DNA from: an uncultured Chloroflexia bacterium
GTDB lineage: Bacteria; Chloroflexota; Anaerolineae; B4-G1; SLSP01
Assembly: GCA_963751345.1 (NCBI GenBank)
Contig: CAVVUS010000022.1
Span: 32,001 to 96,000, forward strand
Length of the DNA: 64,000 bases
Direction: 5' to 3'
In this document: positions 51,671 through 60,809 of the stretch, piece after piece
How the letters are laid out: the number at the start of each line of letters is the position of its first letter
Position numbering within the stretch: position 1 is the first letter of the stretch
Notes under the pieces: generated by a model
Seen by the model: the letters and a program-made list of their open reading frames with translations, nothing else
Told to the model about the DNA's origin: nothing
Database searches by the model: none
Translations under genes and position numbers: made by a program

Positions 51671-53152
51671 ATGACCGTACGGGTTCGCTTCGCCCCCAGT
51701 CCCACTGGCTATCCTCACATCGGCAACATCCGGACCGTCGTCTTCAACTGGCTCTATGCCCGGCAGAAGAGCGGCAAGTTCATCCTGCGCATCGAGGACA
51801 CGGACCAAGGGCGGTTTGTCGAGGACGCGCTGCAGGTCATCGAGGACAGCCTGGAATGGCTCGGCATCGATTGGGATGAAGGCCCCGGTGTGGGAGGCGA
51901 TTACGGACCCTACGTCCAGTCGAAGCGGCTTTCGATCTATCGAGAGAAAGCCGAGGAGTTGGTCGCGACAGGAAAAGCCTATCGCTGCAACTGCTCGCAG
52001 GAGCGTCTCGACGCCGTCCGCGAGGAGATGCGGGCCAGGGGCGAGACCCCGATGTACGATGGCTTGTGTCGCGCCAAGCCCCCCGGTGCCGTCTCGCCGG
52101 ACGAGCCTCACGTGATCCGTCTCAAGGTGCCCCACGAGGGGACGACGACCTTCCACGATGCCCTCCGCGGTGACATCACCTTCGAGAACGCCCTGATCGA
52201 CGACCAGATACTGCTCAAGACCGACGGCTTTCCCACCTACCATCTCGCCGTCGTCGTGGATGATCACCTGATGAAGATCAGCCACGTGATGCGCGGTGAT
52301 GACTGGATTCCCAGTATGCCTAAGCGTATGCTCATCTACGAAGCTTTCGGATGGGACCTGCCGATCTTCATCCACGTGCCGCTGGTCCTGGGGCCGGACG
52401 GGAAGAAGCTCGGCAAGCGCCACGGGGCGACCTCGGTCGATGAGTTCCGCCGCCAGGGATACCTGCCTGAAGCACTCGTGAATTTCCTGGCCCTCCTGGG
52501 TTGGGCGCCTGGCGAAGGGGACGAGCAGGAGATCTTCACTCGCGAGGAGCTGATCGCGCGCTTCGACATCGACCGCCTCAACCTGTCACCGGCGATCTTC
52601 TCCTACGACAAGCTGGACTGGATGAACGGCCAGTATATCCGGCAGTTGAGCGAGGAAGAGCTGCTGGACCGGCTCATACCGTTCTGGGCAGACGCCGGCC
52701 TGATCTCCGACCCGGTATTGGTCGAAACGCTTCCCACGTTGCGGCTCCTGGTACCGCTGGTCCGGGAGCGGCTGAAGACGCTGCGCGACGTCGTCGACCT
52801 CACCGATTTCGTCTTCCTGGACATCGCCACACCGAACGTCGAGAGCCTCATCGGAAAGCGGATGACGGCAGAGGAGAGCATGGCCGCCCTGCGCGCCGTA
52901 CAGCACTTGCTGGGGAGCCTGGTCCAGTTCACGGCAGACGCTATGGAAGCCCCCATGCGCTCGCTGGCGACAGAACTGGGACTAAAGGCAGGCCAGCTCT
53001 TCAGCATCGTACGCAACGCCGTCACGGGCAAAGAGGTTTCCCCCCCGCTCTTCGGCAGCATTCAAGCCGTGGGCCGCGAGCGCACCTTGCGGCGGCTTGA
53101 GGCCGCTGAACAGGTGTTGTTCGCACATATCGAGGCAACGGAAACGGCCTAA
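51671..53152 (+). CDS. gltX: Glutamate--tRNA ligase
   Basis: RFAPSPTG, HIGN, RIEDTD, PTYHLAVVVDDH, KLGKR. Confidence 0.96.
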   Translation: MTVRVRFAPSPTGYPHIGNIRTVVFNWLYARQKSGKFILRIEDTDQGRFVEDALQVIEDSLEWLGIDWDEGPGVGGDYGPYVQSKRLSIYREKAEELVATGKAYRCNCSQERLDAVREEMRARGETPMYDGLCRAKPPGAVSPDEPHVIRLKVPHEGTTTFHDALRGDITFENALIDDQILLKTDGFPTYHLAVVVDDHLMKISHVMRGDDWIPSMPKRMLIYEAFGWDLPIFIHVPLVLGPDGKKLGKRHGATSVDEFRRQGYLPEALVNFLALLGWAPGEGDEQEIFTREELIARFDIDRLNLSPAIFSYDKLDWMNGQYIRQLSEEELLDRLIPFWADAGLISDPVLVETLPTLRLLVPLVRERLKTLRDVVDLTDFVFLDIATPNVESLIGKRMTAEESMAALRAVQHLLGSLVQFTADAMEAPMRSLATELGLKAGQLFSIVRNAVTGKEVSPPLFGSIQAVGRERTLRRLEAAEQVLFAHIEATETA

Positions 53153-53170
53153 CCCTTCGTAGCAAGGTTT

Positions 53171-54070
53171 TCAGATCAGCGGCGACAGCCCGGCGTAGAC
53201 TTGGCCCCACTCCGCGATTGAGAGCGTCTCGGCCCGCCGGGTAGCATCGATGTCCTGCCGCAGAAGTGCATCCGCGACCATCTGCGGGTCAAGCGCCAGA
53301 TCCGACGAAAGCGAGTTTCGGAGTTGCTTCCGACGCTGCGCGAAGCCGGCTCGCACGACCCGGAAGAAGCGCTCTACGTCTGCAACGGGAAACGGTGGAT
53401 CGTCGTAGCTATCGATGCGCACGACCGCCGACTCCACTTTGGGCGGCGGATAGAAAGCCCCGCGCTTCAGTCTCAAACAGAGGCTGGGCACCCCGTAAAA
53501 CTGGACACTGACGGCCAGCAAACTCATGTCGCCGGGCTCCGCCACCATTCGCTGCGCTACCTCCCGCTGCACGGTCAACACCATATGGGAAGGGCGCACG
53601 CGTGCCTCGAGCAGATGGCGGACAACGGCGTTGGTGATGTAGTAGGGCAGGTTGGCCACGACATCATAGTGTGGGAGCCGTACGCCCCACAGCGGCTGCG
53701 ACGGGGATGTACCCGCGACCTCGCGGGTGGAGAGGAGTGCGGCGGGGTCCAGCTCCAGGATATCGCCCTGGACGATCGTCAGGTTGGGTGTCGCCCCCAT
53801 CTCGGCCGTCAGGACATCAACGAGCATTGCATCGGTCTCAACGGCAATCACGTGGCCCGCCCGCGCCACAAGCGCGGCCGTCAGTGTGCCCACGCCTGCC
53901 CCCACCTCCAGGACCGTGGCCTCACGGTCCAAGCCTGCACACTCGGCAATCCGGTCCGGCGCGGTCGGATCTACAAGGAAGTTCTGACCCAGGGATTTGC
54001 GGGGCCAGAGATTATAGCGGTGGAGAATGGCGCGCGGGTCCTCAGAATGTCGCCGTGGTGCATCCGTCAT
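53171..54070 (-). CDS. rsmA: 16S rRNA adenine dimethyltransferase RsmA/KsgA
   Basis: KSLGQNFL, LEVGAGVG, ANLPYYIT, VQREVA, FYPPPKVES, QRRKQL, RAETL. Confidence 0.96.
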   Translation of the reverse strand: MTDAPRRHSEDPRAILHRYNLWPRKSLGQNFLVDPTAPDRIAECAGLDREATVLEVGAGVGTLTAALVARAGHVIAVETDAMLVDVLTAEMGATPNLTIVQGDILELDPAALLSTREVAGTSPSQPLWGVRLPHYDVVANLPYYITNAVVRHLLEARVRPSHMVLTVQREVAQRMVAEPGDMSLLAVSVQFYGVPSLCLRLKRGAFYPPPKVESAVVRIDSYDDPPFPVADVERFFRVVRAGFAQRRKQLRNSLSSDLALDPQMVADALLRQDIDATRRAETLSIAEWGQVYAGLSPLI

Positions 54071-55443
54071 GGCCCGGTGCTGTAGGTGATATAGTCGGGA
54101 ACTGGGGTCAGCAAGTAAACGTCGACCCACCGGTACCAGAGCTGCAGATCGGCATCAGTGTAGCCGAGGTCAACGCGTTTGCCCTTGATCGCGCCACCGG
54201 TGTCCCCGGCCAGACCCACGCCGTAGCCCGGCACGTAGACGTGGCTTCCCAGTGAGATGACGTTCGGGTCTACCGCTACGATGCCATTGCCCATCGTGAG
54301 GCCGGTGGCCGTACGCCCGTAATGGGCTGAGCTGGAGGAGACGCCTGCCGTGCTGGCACTGTAGGAGGTCGCCAGCATACGCACGACGCGCCAATAGTCC
54401 ACGGGGCCGCTCTCGGTCTGCAGCGTGCGCACAATGATCTTGGTGCCGTAGCCCATCACGCGGTTCTTGGGTGCGAGGATCACACTCTCGCCTTCAACAC
54501 GACGGTCCACGACCTGGCCGTTCTCGTAACGCAGGCGGGTACGCCGCTCCAGAACGCCGGATTCACCCTCCTGCATCAGGCTGGTCGTATCGATCTCCGA
54601 GTCAGGATCGGCCTGCCAGACGGAGTCGAAGGGCACCGGGCTCTGCTCCACGATGACGCTCTCATTGACGCGGACAACCTGGATCTCCATCCCCTCACTC
54701 AGCGCAGCATCGAGCGCCGGGGAAGTGTAGTCTTGACCGTTGACCGTCACCCCCAAGTCGGCCAGCACCTCGCCGACACGACTTCTATGGGTGCGCGTGC
54801 GCAAGACGTGCCCATCCACGCGCACGTCGATGGGCACCGAACGTTCGAGGCTGATGTGCATCCCGTTCTCAAGCGGCGTCGCGGGATCTGGTGAGATGCG
54901 GTCGGCTCGATAGAGCTTGATCCCGGCACCCAGGACCGCCTCGCCGACGGTATCTGCGTGTGAATACAGGCTCGTCCGAACGCCGCCCTCCTCCAACTGC
55001 ACTTGCTTGGCTCGGTCGACAACCACCCGCAGCCGGGTATCGCGTGGATCTGTGACCGAGGGTGGCCGTACACTGACGCTGTCGTGCAAATCGAGCGAGA
55101 CGCCCGACTCTGCGAGCAAATCGGCGGGGGTCTCATCGTGTGCGTAGATAGTCCGTTCCCGTCCATCCACCACCATAACGACCGGATGAGCCCGATCAAT
55201 TCGGATCTCCATATGCGGAGACAGAGAGACAGCGGGGCCGGGCAGGAGCCGATCTTCCGGGCGAAGACTGATGCCAAGGTCTGCAAGCAACATCTCCACC
55301 GTGGGTTGGTGGGAGTTGACCAACGTCGCTTCCCCGTCGATGACCAGCACCACGGGTGTTAACGTCGCACGATATCCGGCAACCAGCACTACCATGGCAC
55401 ACAGCGATAGCGCTACAGCCGCAAGCCTTTGTCCCCAGCGCAT
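54067..55443 (-). CDS. YabE/RpfB-like cell-wall protein (DUF348 repeats + G5 + 3D domain); start uncertain, up to 55542
   Basis: N-terminal TM, repeated ubiquitin-like TV..LL...GI.L...D units, G5-like region, 3D domain (ATSY, VAVDPNVI.LG, GDTGGAIKGKRVDL). Confidence 0.88.
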   Translation of the reverse strand: MRWGQRLAAVALSLCAMVVLVAGYRATLTPVVLVIDGEATLVNSHQPTVEMLLADLGISLRPEDRLLPGPAVSLSPHMEIRIDRAHPVVMVVDGRERTIYAHDETPADLLAESGVSLDLHDSVSVRPPSVTDPRDTRLRVVVDRAKQVQLEEGGVRTSLYSHADTVGEAVLGAGIKLYRADRISPDPATPLENGMHISLERSVPIDVRVDGHVLRTRTHRSRVGEVLADLGVTVNGQDYTSPALDAALSEGMEIQVVRVNESVIVEQSPVPFDSVWQADPDSEIDTTSLMQEGESGVLERRTRLRYENGQVVDRRVEGESVILAPKNRVMGYGTKIIVRTLQTESGPVDYWRVVRMLATSYSASTAGVSSSSAHYGRTATGLTMGNGIVAVDPNVISLGSHVYVPGYGVGLAGDTGGAIKGKRVDLGYTDADLQLWYRWVDVYLLTPVPDYITYSTGP

Positions 55444-55619
55444 TCCGGTGTGTTCGCGCTCCGGAAGGACGGCAAGGCCCAGAAGGCGTTCGCGTCCCAG
55501 ACTCTCCTCCTTAGAACCGAAAAGGGCGATAGTCGAACCCATCGCCCCAGTTGGTGATCTCCGGCACTATGGCGAGGCCGGCCTCCGACCATCGCCGTCG
55601 ACGGGGATGTCAGTCCACC

Positions 55620-55860
55620 CGATCGAGTGCCGCAGAAAGACACCGCGCCGAGGTCCCTTCACCGGGACGATGGCCGAGACGTACTGAGGATTAGGCACCC
55701 CTGCGGCACCCGGAGTGATCTCCTTACCGTTGCTTCCTTCCGGACCTGGCGGGATTCGAAGGTCTCCGCCGCGCAGGACCCAAGCCTCAGTACACGTCGA
55801 ACATCGTTCCAAGGGACGACGGACTTCGATGCTGCATTCCACCACCCACTGCCGTCGATG
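55620..55860 (-). ncRNA. ffs: Signal recognition particle RNA with extended helix; boundaries approximate
   Basis: Minus strand TTGGGTCCTGCGC...CAGGTCCGGAAGGAAGCAAC...GTGCCGCAGGGGTGCC (domain IV). Outer stems 55681-55689/55785-55793, 55667-55672/55802-55807, 55653-55659/55811-55817. Confidence 0.9.
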
Positions 55861-55866
55861 TTTCCA

Positions 55867-55894
55867 ATGGTACAGAAGACCGGGAGATTGTCAA
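55867..55894 (-). promoter_or_regulatory. Promoter for SRP RNA
   Basis: Minus strand TTGACA-N16-TACCAT. Confidence 0.6.
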
Positions 55895-55979
55895 GGTTGC
55901 CGCCGACGTGCTTTGCGCCTACAATGACCTCACTTGGGAATCAGAGACCAAGGCCATCTCATCATCACGAAAGGCAGCT

Positions 55980-56981
55980 ATGGCCGAAGAGACCATCCTC
56001 CAGCAGGAGGCGTCTACACCCGGCGGTACCGTCAAGGCCTTCACCAACGACATTGTTGAGAACGTCGAGAAGGTGATCGTCGGGAAACACACACAGGTAG
56101 AGCTGCTTATGGTCGCCATGCTGTGTCAGGGGCACATCTTGATCGAGGACGTCCCGGGCACGGGCAAGACGATGCTCGCCCGAGCGGCCGCGACCAGCAT
56201 GGGGCTGGACTTCAAACGCCTCCAATGTACGCCGGATCTCCTGCCCAACGACATCACCGGCGTCGAGATCTTCAACCAGAAGGACAGTGTCTTCGAGTTT
56301 CAGCCGGGGCCGGTCTTCGTCAATATCCTCCTGGCCGACGAGATCAATCGCGCAACGCCGCGCACCCAGGCAGCGCTGCTGGAGGCAATGCAGGAGAACC
56401 AGGTCACAACGAGCGGCATCACGCGCAGACTCCCGGCGCCCTTCCTCGTCCTGGCCACCCAGAACCCAATTGAGTATGAGGGGACATTCCCACTGCCGGA
56501 GGCACAGCTCGACCGCTTCCTGATGCGCCTTTCGTTGGGATACCCGGACAAGCAGGATGAGATCGCCATCATCCGCGGCCAGCGCAAGCGACATCCTATC
56601 GAGGACATCGGCCAGGTGGTCGACGGGATCGATCTGTTAAGACACCACGAGGCTGTCACGGACATCCACGTGGACGAGACCATCGAGCAGTACATTCTTG
56701 ACATCGTTCGAGCCACCCGCACGCATGCAGACGTGACATTGGGCGCCAGCCCCAGGGGGTCGTTGGCCCTGTACAGAACCTCACAGGCCTGGGCGTTACT
56801 GCGCGGCAGGGACTACGTGATACCCGAGGATGTCAAGATGCTGGCGCCTCTGACCCTGCCCCACCGGCTCATCCTCAAACCGGAGAGCCAGCTTCGGGGA
56901 CGCAGTGCCCAGGGCATTGTCGCCGAAATCCTGGAGCGTGCCGAACTGAGTCTGGATGGAGGAGACGATGCTGAAGCTTGA
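55980..56981 (+). CDS. MoxR family AAA+ ATPase
   Basis: EDVPGTGKT, QCTPDLLP, LLADEINRA, ATQNPIE, LPEAQLDRF, GASPRG. Confidence 0.96.
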   Translation: MAEETILQQEASTPGGTVKAFTNDIVENVEKVIVGKHTQVELLMVAMLCQGHILIEDVPGTGKTMLARAAATSMGLDFKRLQCTPDLLPNDITGVEIFNQKDSVFEFQPGPVFVNILLADEINRATPRTQAALLEAMQENQVTTSGITRRLPAPFLVLATQNPIEYEGTFPLPEAQLDRFLMRLSLGYPDKQDEIAIIRGQRKRHPIEDIGQVVDGIDLLRHHEAVTDIHVDETIEQYILDIVRATRTHADVTLGASPRGSLALYRTSQAWALLRGRDYVIPEDVKMLAPLTLPHRLILKPESQLRGRSAQGIVAEILERAELSLDGGDDAEA

Positions 56982-57880
56982 TCCCTGCCACTCTCAAGGT
57001 CGTACCTTTCGGACCGGCTCACCTTCCGGCCTTCACCGCTTGGTTCGCCGCCCTGCCGGGCAACGAAGCCTGGACGGAGCCGTGGGTGCGCTTCAAGACG
57101 CTGGAGGACGACACGTACGACCCCGAGCTCATGATCACCGCGGAGGCAGACGGCGAACCCGTTGGCTTTCTGATAGGTAACGTGGCGAACGACGTGGGCT
57201 GGATACGGAGTTTCATCGTCCACCCGGCCCTGCGTCGACAGGGCATCGGCACGCTGCTATTCGACGCCGTCGAGCAGCGGCTGCGGGAGCGCGGTATCAC
57301 CGACATCAACGTCGGGTGGGCACTTCCGCGATATCTACTCCCGGGAATCGACGTCACGTACACCCCGGCGATCATTTTCCTCGACCATCGCGGCTACCAG
57401 ACCAACCGAGAGACGCGGGTCAATATGGACGTCGTGCTGGCCGGGCGCGACTTCGGGACGGCAGAGGCCGAGGCTCGCCTCGAAGGGCTGGGCGTTGCGG
57501 TTCGCCGGGCCACACCGGAGGATCGGGACCAGATCGAGGCGCTATGCCACGCCGAGGGCTACAGCGGCTGGGCGGCTGAGACCGGCCTGGCGCTCGAGAT
57601 GACGCGCATACCTGTCTTCGTCGCCGTAGCATCGAACAAAGTCCGTGCCTTTGCCGCACACAGCCTCGGCGGACCTATCCATTTCGGCCCCATGCTCACG
57701 GCTGCCGACCTGCGCGGTCTGGGGATCGGCTCCGTGCTCCTGAAGCGATGCCTGCAGGATTGGCAGCGAGACGGCGTCGAGCGTTGTGAGATCTCCTGGG
57801 CGGGACCCCTTGCCTTCTACGCCCACTCCGTAGGGGCGACGATGGGGCGCGCGTTCTGGACCTTCCACCGCTCGCTATGA
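56978..57880 (+). CDS. Tandem GNAT acetyltransferase
   Basis: Two acetyl-CoA motifs: VHPALRRQGIGTLL and FGPMLT..DLRGLGIGSVLL. TTG start overlaps the MoxR stop. Confidence 0.85.
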   Translation: MIPATLKVVPFGPAHLPAFTAWFAALPGNEAWTEPWVRFKTLEDDTYDPELMITAEADGEPVGFLIGNVANDVGWIRSFIVHPALRRQGIGTLLFDAVEQRLRERGITDINVGWALPRYLLPGIDVTYTPAIIFLDHRGYQTNRETRVNMDVVLAGRDFGTAEAEARLEGLGVAVRRATPEDRDQIEALCHAEGYSGWAAETGLALEMTRIPVFVAVASNKVRAFAAHSLGGPIHFGPMLTAADLRGLGIGSVLLKRCLQDWQRDGVERCEISWAGPLAFYAHSVGATMGRAFWTFHRSL

Positions 57881-59178
57881 GTGCGCCTGCGTGGCCTGAC
57901 GATCGACACAGGATGCCGGCGGCGTCGGGGGCAGCGTGGCCGCACGCAGGCGGGCCGGTTGTGCGAAACCTGATTCCCGCTCTCATTGGGCTCTTTGTCA
58001 TTGCCGCGCTGCTGCGCATCGACACCTACTTCAGCCTGGTCTACCTGCTGGCAGCAACGTACGTCTTGGGACGGATCTGGTCTCGGCAGAGTATGAAGCA
58101 GCTCCAGACTCAGCGCAGGCTCGTAAGCCGCGCCTTCCCCGGCGAGACCATCTCAGTGGAGCTGCGGGTCCGCAATGACGGCTGGCTGCCCGTCCCGTGG
58201 GTGGAGATGCACGACTCGCTGCCCGTCGATATGGCCTCCCCGCCCTACTACCGCAGGGTGCTCACCATGATGCCGCATCAGGAGTGCCGCTTCGACTACC
58301 GGTTATCGGCGTCCAAACGCGGCTACTACTTGATTGGGCCGATGACCTGGCGCACGGGGGACCTGCTTGGCTTCGCGCCACAACAGACAGGGCATCACCA
58401 ACCGGAGACCATCATCGTCTATCCGCGTGTGGTATCGCTGGACAGCTTGGGGCTTCCGACACGGTCCCCCCTGGCATCCATCGCAGCACCTACGCCGCTC
58501 TTCGAAGATCCCACGCGTGTCGTTGGCGTGCGTGACTACCAGATCGGTGACTCGCCACGGCGCATCCACTGGACTGCCAGCGCAGGGGCTGACCGCTTGC
58601 TGGTCAAACGCTATCAGCCCGCCATTGCGCGCGAGACGCTCATCTGCCTCGATCTCGATCAGGACGCCTACTCCTTTCAGCGGCTGTACGCCGCCTCAGA
58701 GCTGGCGATCATCACCGCAGCCTCGCTCGCCAACCATATCATCGTCCACGAGGGCCTCGCCGCGGGGTTGACCACCCAGGGCGTCGATCCCCTGGAGGAC
58801 AGAATCGCGGCAATGTCAGTTCCCGCCCGTCGCGGGCGAGCGCACCTGATGTCCATTCTGGAGATTCTGGCCCGCGCCCAGACCTACCACGTGGAGGCCG
58901 GTGGCGACTTGCCCTCCGGCAACGCTCCGCTGCCGCTGGCAGATTTCCTCCGGCGAGCAGCCCTGAGGCTATCGTGGGGCGCTACCATCGTCCTCATCAC
59001 CGGTAAGGAGACCGACGCGATTCTCGGCGCCCTGCTCCACCTACGACAGCAGGGGTTTGCCGTCGCGCTCATCCTCGTGATGCCCGCACCACCAGATGAC
59101 GCGAGCAAATCCGGTGCCGCGGCGTTGAGGCTGCCCATCCACCACGTGTGGCGCGAGGAGGAGTTGGAGCGCATATGA
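57877..59178 (+). CDS. DUF58 domain protein
   Basis: N-terminal TMs, KRGYY.IGP, IVYP, VRDYQIGDSPRRIHW.ASA, LLVK. ATGA overlap, alternative GTG at 57961. Confidence 0.9.
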   Translation: MSAPAWPDDRHRMPAASGAAWPHAGGPVVRNLIPALIGLFVIAALLRIDTYFSLVYLLAATYVLGRIWSRQSMKQLQTQRRLVSRAFPGETISVELRVRNDGWLPVPWVEMHDSLPVDMASPPYYRRVLTMMPHQECRFDYRLSASKRGYYLIGPMTWRTGDLLGFAPQQTGHHQPETIIVYPRVVSLDSLGLPTRSPLASIAAPTPLFEDPTRVVGVRDYQIGDSPRRIHWTASAGADRLLVKRYQPAIARETLICLDLDQDAYSFQRLYAASELAIITAASLANHIIVHEGLAAGLTTQGVDPLEDRIAAMSVPARRGRAHLMSILEILARAQTYHVEAGGDLPSGNAPLPLADFLRRAALRLSWGATIVLITGKETDAILGALLHLRQQGFAVALILVMPAPPDDASKSGAAALRLPIHHVWREEELERI

Positions 59179-60788
59179 CCACGGGTGCCGAACGCCGGAC
59201 ACGGGAGCCGCGCATCGCGGTTCGAGAGACGGACGAATATGTGGAGCATCAGGAGGACGCCCCCCCACCCGATCCCCCTTCCCCCTGGGTGCGCAGCGTC
59301 TTCCAACCGGCCGCCGTGGGCGTGCTCGTTGCCTGTGTGGCGTGGTCTGTCGCGCGTGTCATCGATGTCTTCACGCAACTTTCCCACGTGACCTTGTTTT
59401 GGCTCGTGCCGGCAGCTATGGCGCTCGTGGGGTTCACCACTCAGCGAATCGTGCAGCGACGATTCCACAGCGGCTCTGACAGCCTGCGATTCCGTATCGT
59501 CGAACTGGGGGTGATGTTTCTCGCCGTCAAAGTGGCCGGCTTGCTCGGCGACACGGTGCCTGAGGTGTTGGCCGCCGCACGTGCGTGGAGTTTGAGCCCC
59601 CTGACGTTCTTCGACGCCACCACGATGATTGCGTTCCTGCTGGGTGCCATCGCGTGGCTGATGGCCGGCCTGACGGCGCGGGATCTGGATGCCCTGGTCG
59701 ACCCGATGATGTACCTGGGGGAGACGGAGCCGACCACGCGCCTGGTCAAGCGCTACTTTGCCGGCGGTGCCATCCTCCTCATCTGCACTGCCATCTCGCG
59801 CGTCGATCTTGGCACGCTCATCGAGATGGAGAACGCGCGCATTCGCACGCCAATCCTCAGCGTGCTGCTTTACTTCTTCCTGGGGGTGGTCATGCTCGGC
59901 CAGATCCAGTTCTCCCGCCTGTCCGGGCTCTGGCGTCGTGAGAAGGTCACGGTCGTCGAGAACCTGAGCGCGCACTGGATCCGCTATACGCTAGCCTTCA
60001 TTGCACTCGCGGCCCTCATCGCGTTTGTCCTGCCCACAGGCTATACGGTGAGCATCCTGGACCTGGTCGCTACGCTGATCTATGTGATCAGCTACGCCGC
60101 ATTGATCCTCTACACACTCGTCCTTTGGCCATTTGCCATGCTGCTGGCGCTCGTCTCGGGCAAGAAACCGACCGTCGAAACCCCGTCGGCATCCAACGTC
60201 CCCTTCGCGCCGCCCCCTCTATCCGCGTCGGATGCGTCAGGAGGGGCCTGGTGGGCCGTAGTGCGGTCGATCGTCTTCTGGGTCGTGCTCCTCTCCGTGG
60301 TCTTCTACCTGGTCCGGAGTTACCTTCGGGATCGCCCCGAGCTGGGACATTCCCTACGGCGGTTCGCGCCGTGGCGATGGCTCGCCGAGGCGTGGCGCAC
60401 CATCGGTCGCTGGTTTCTGGGCTGGGGACGCACCCTCGGCGAGGCAGTGCCCGCCTTGGTACGGCGGGTCCTACGTCCAAGGGCACGAACCCGCAATCTT
60501 CGGCGTGCGCGGGGACGGAGCCTGCGTGAGCAACTCCGCTACGCCTACCTGGTCACACTGGATCGTGCCGGCGAAGAGGGCGTGCCACGCCGGCAGACCG
60601 AGACGCCGTACGAATACAGCCACAAGCTCGACCGGCAGCTCGCAGAGGGCAGCGAAGCACTGGAAGCCCTGACCCAAGCCTTCGTCGAAGCCCGCTACAG
60701 CACACACCCCGTCACAGCAGAGGATGTGGCTACCCAGGAAGCCAACGCCGAGAAAGTCCGACGCGGACTGCGACCCGACAACGGCTAG
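59175..60788 (+). CDS. Multi-TM protein with C-terminal DUF4129 domain
   Basis: Many TMs and C-terminal GVPRRQTETPYEY...LTQAFVEARYS. ATGA overlap. Confidence 0.85.
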   Translation: MTTGAERRTREPRIAVRETDEYVEHQEDAPPPDPPSPWVRSVFQPAAVGVLVACVAWSVARVIDVFTQLSHVTLFWLVPAAMALVGFTTQRIVQRRFHSGSDSLRFRIVELGVMFLAVKVAGLLGDTVPEVLAAARAWSLSPLTFFDATTMIAFLLGAIAWLMAGLTARDLDALVDPMMYLGETEPTTRLVKRYFAGGAILLICTAISRVDLGTLIEMENARIRTPILSVLLYFFLGVVMLGQIQFSRLSGLWRREKVTVVENLSAHWIRYTLAFIALAALIAFVLPTGYTVSILDLVATLIYVISYAALILYTLVLWPFAMLLALVSGKKPTVETPSASNVPFAPPPLSASDASGGAWWAVVRSIVFWVVLLSVVFYLVRSYLRDRPELGHSLRRFAPWRWLAEAWRTIGRWFLGWGRTLGEAVPALVRRVLRPRARTRNLRRARGRSLREQLRYAYLVTLDRAGEEGVPRRQTETPYEYSHKLDRQLAEGSEALEALTQAFVEARYSTHPVTAEDVATQEANAEKVRRGLRPDNG

Positions 60789-60809
60789 CCACCGATTCGC
60801 CCGGGCCTG

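Noticed and set aside
48690-55443. minCDE-rodA-gltX and yabE-like/rsmA linkage as novel
   Set aside because: Ordinary housekeeping genes. minCDE-rodA and yabE/rpfB-ksgA synteny are known.
55620-55800. c-di-AMP (ydaO) riboswitch upstream of the YabE/RpfB-like gene
   Set aside because: The context suggests it, but the sequence carries the SRP domain IV motif CAGGTCCGGAAGGAAGCA.
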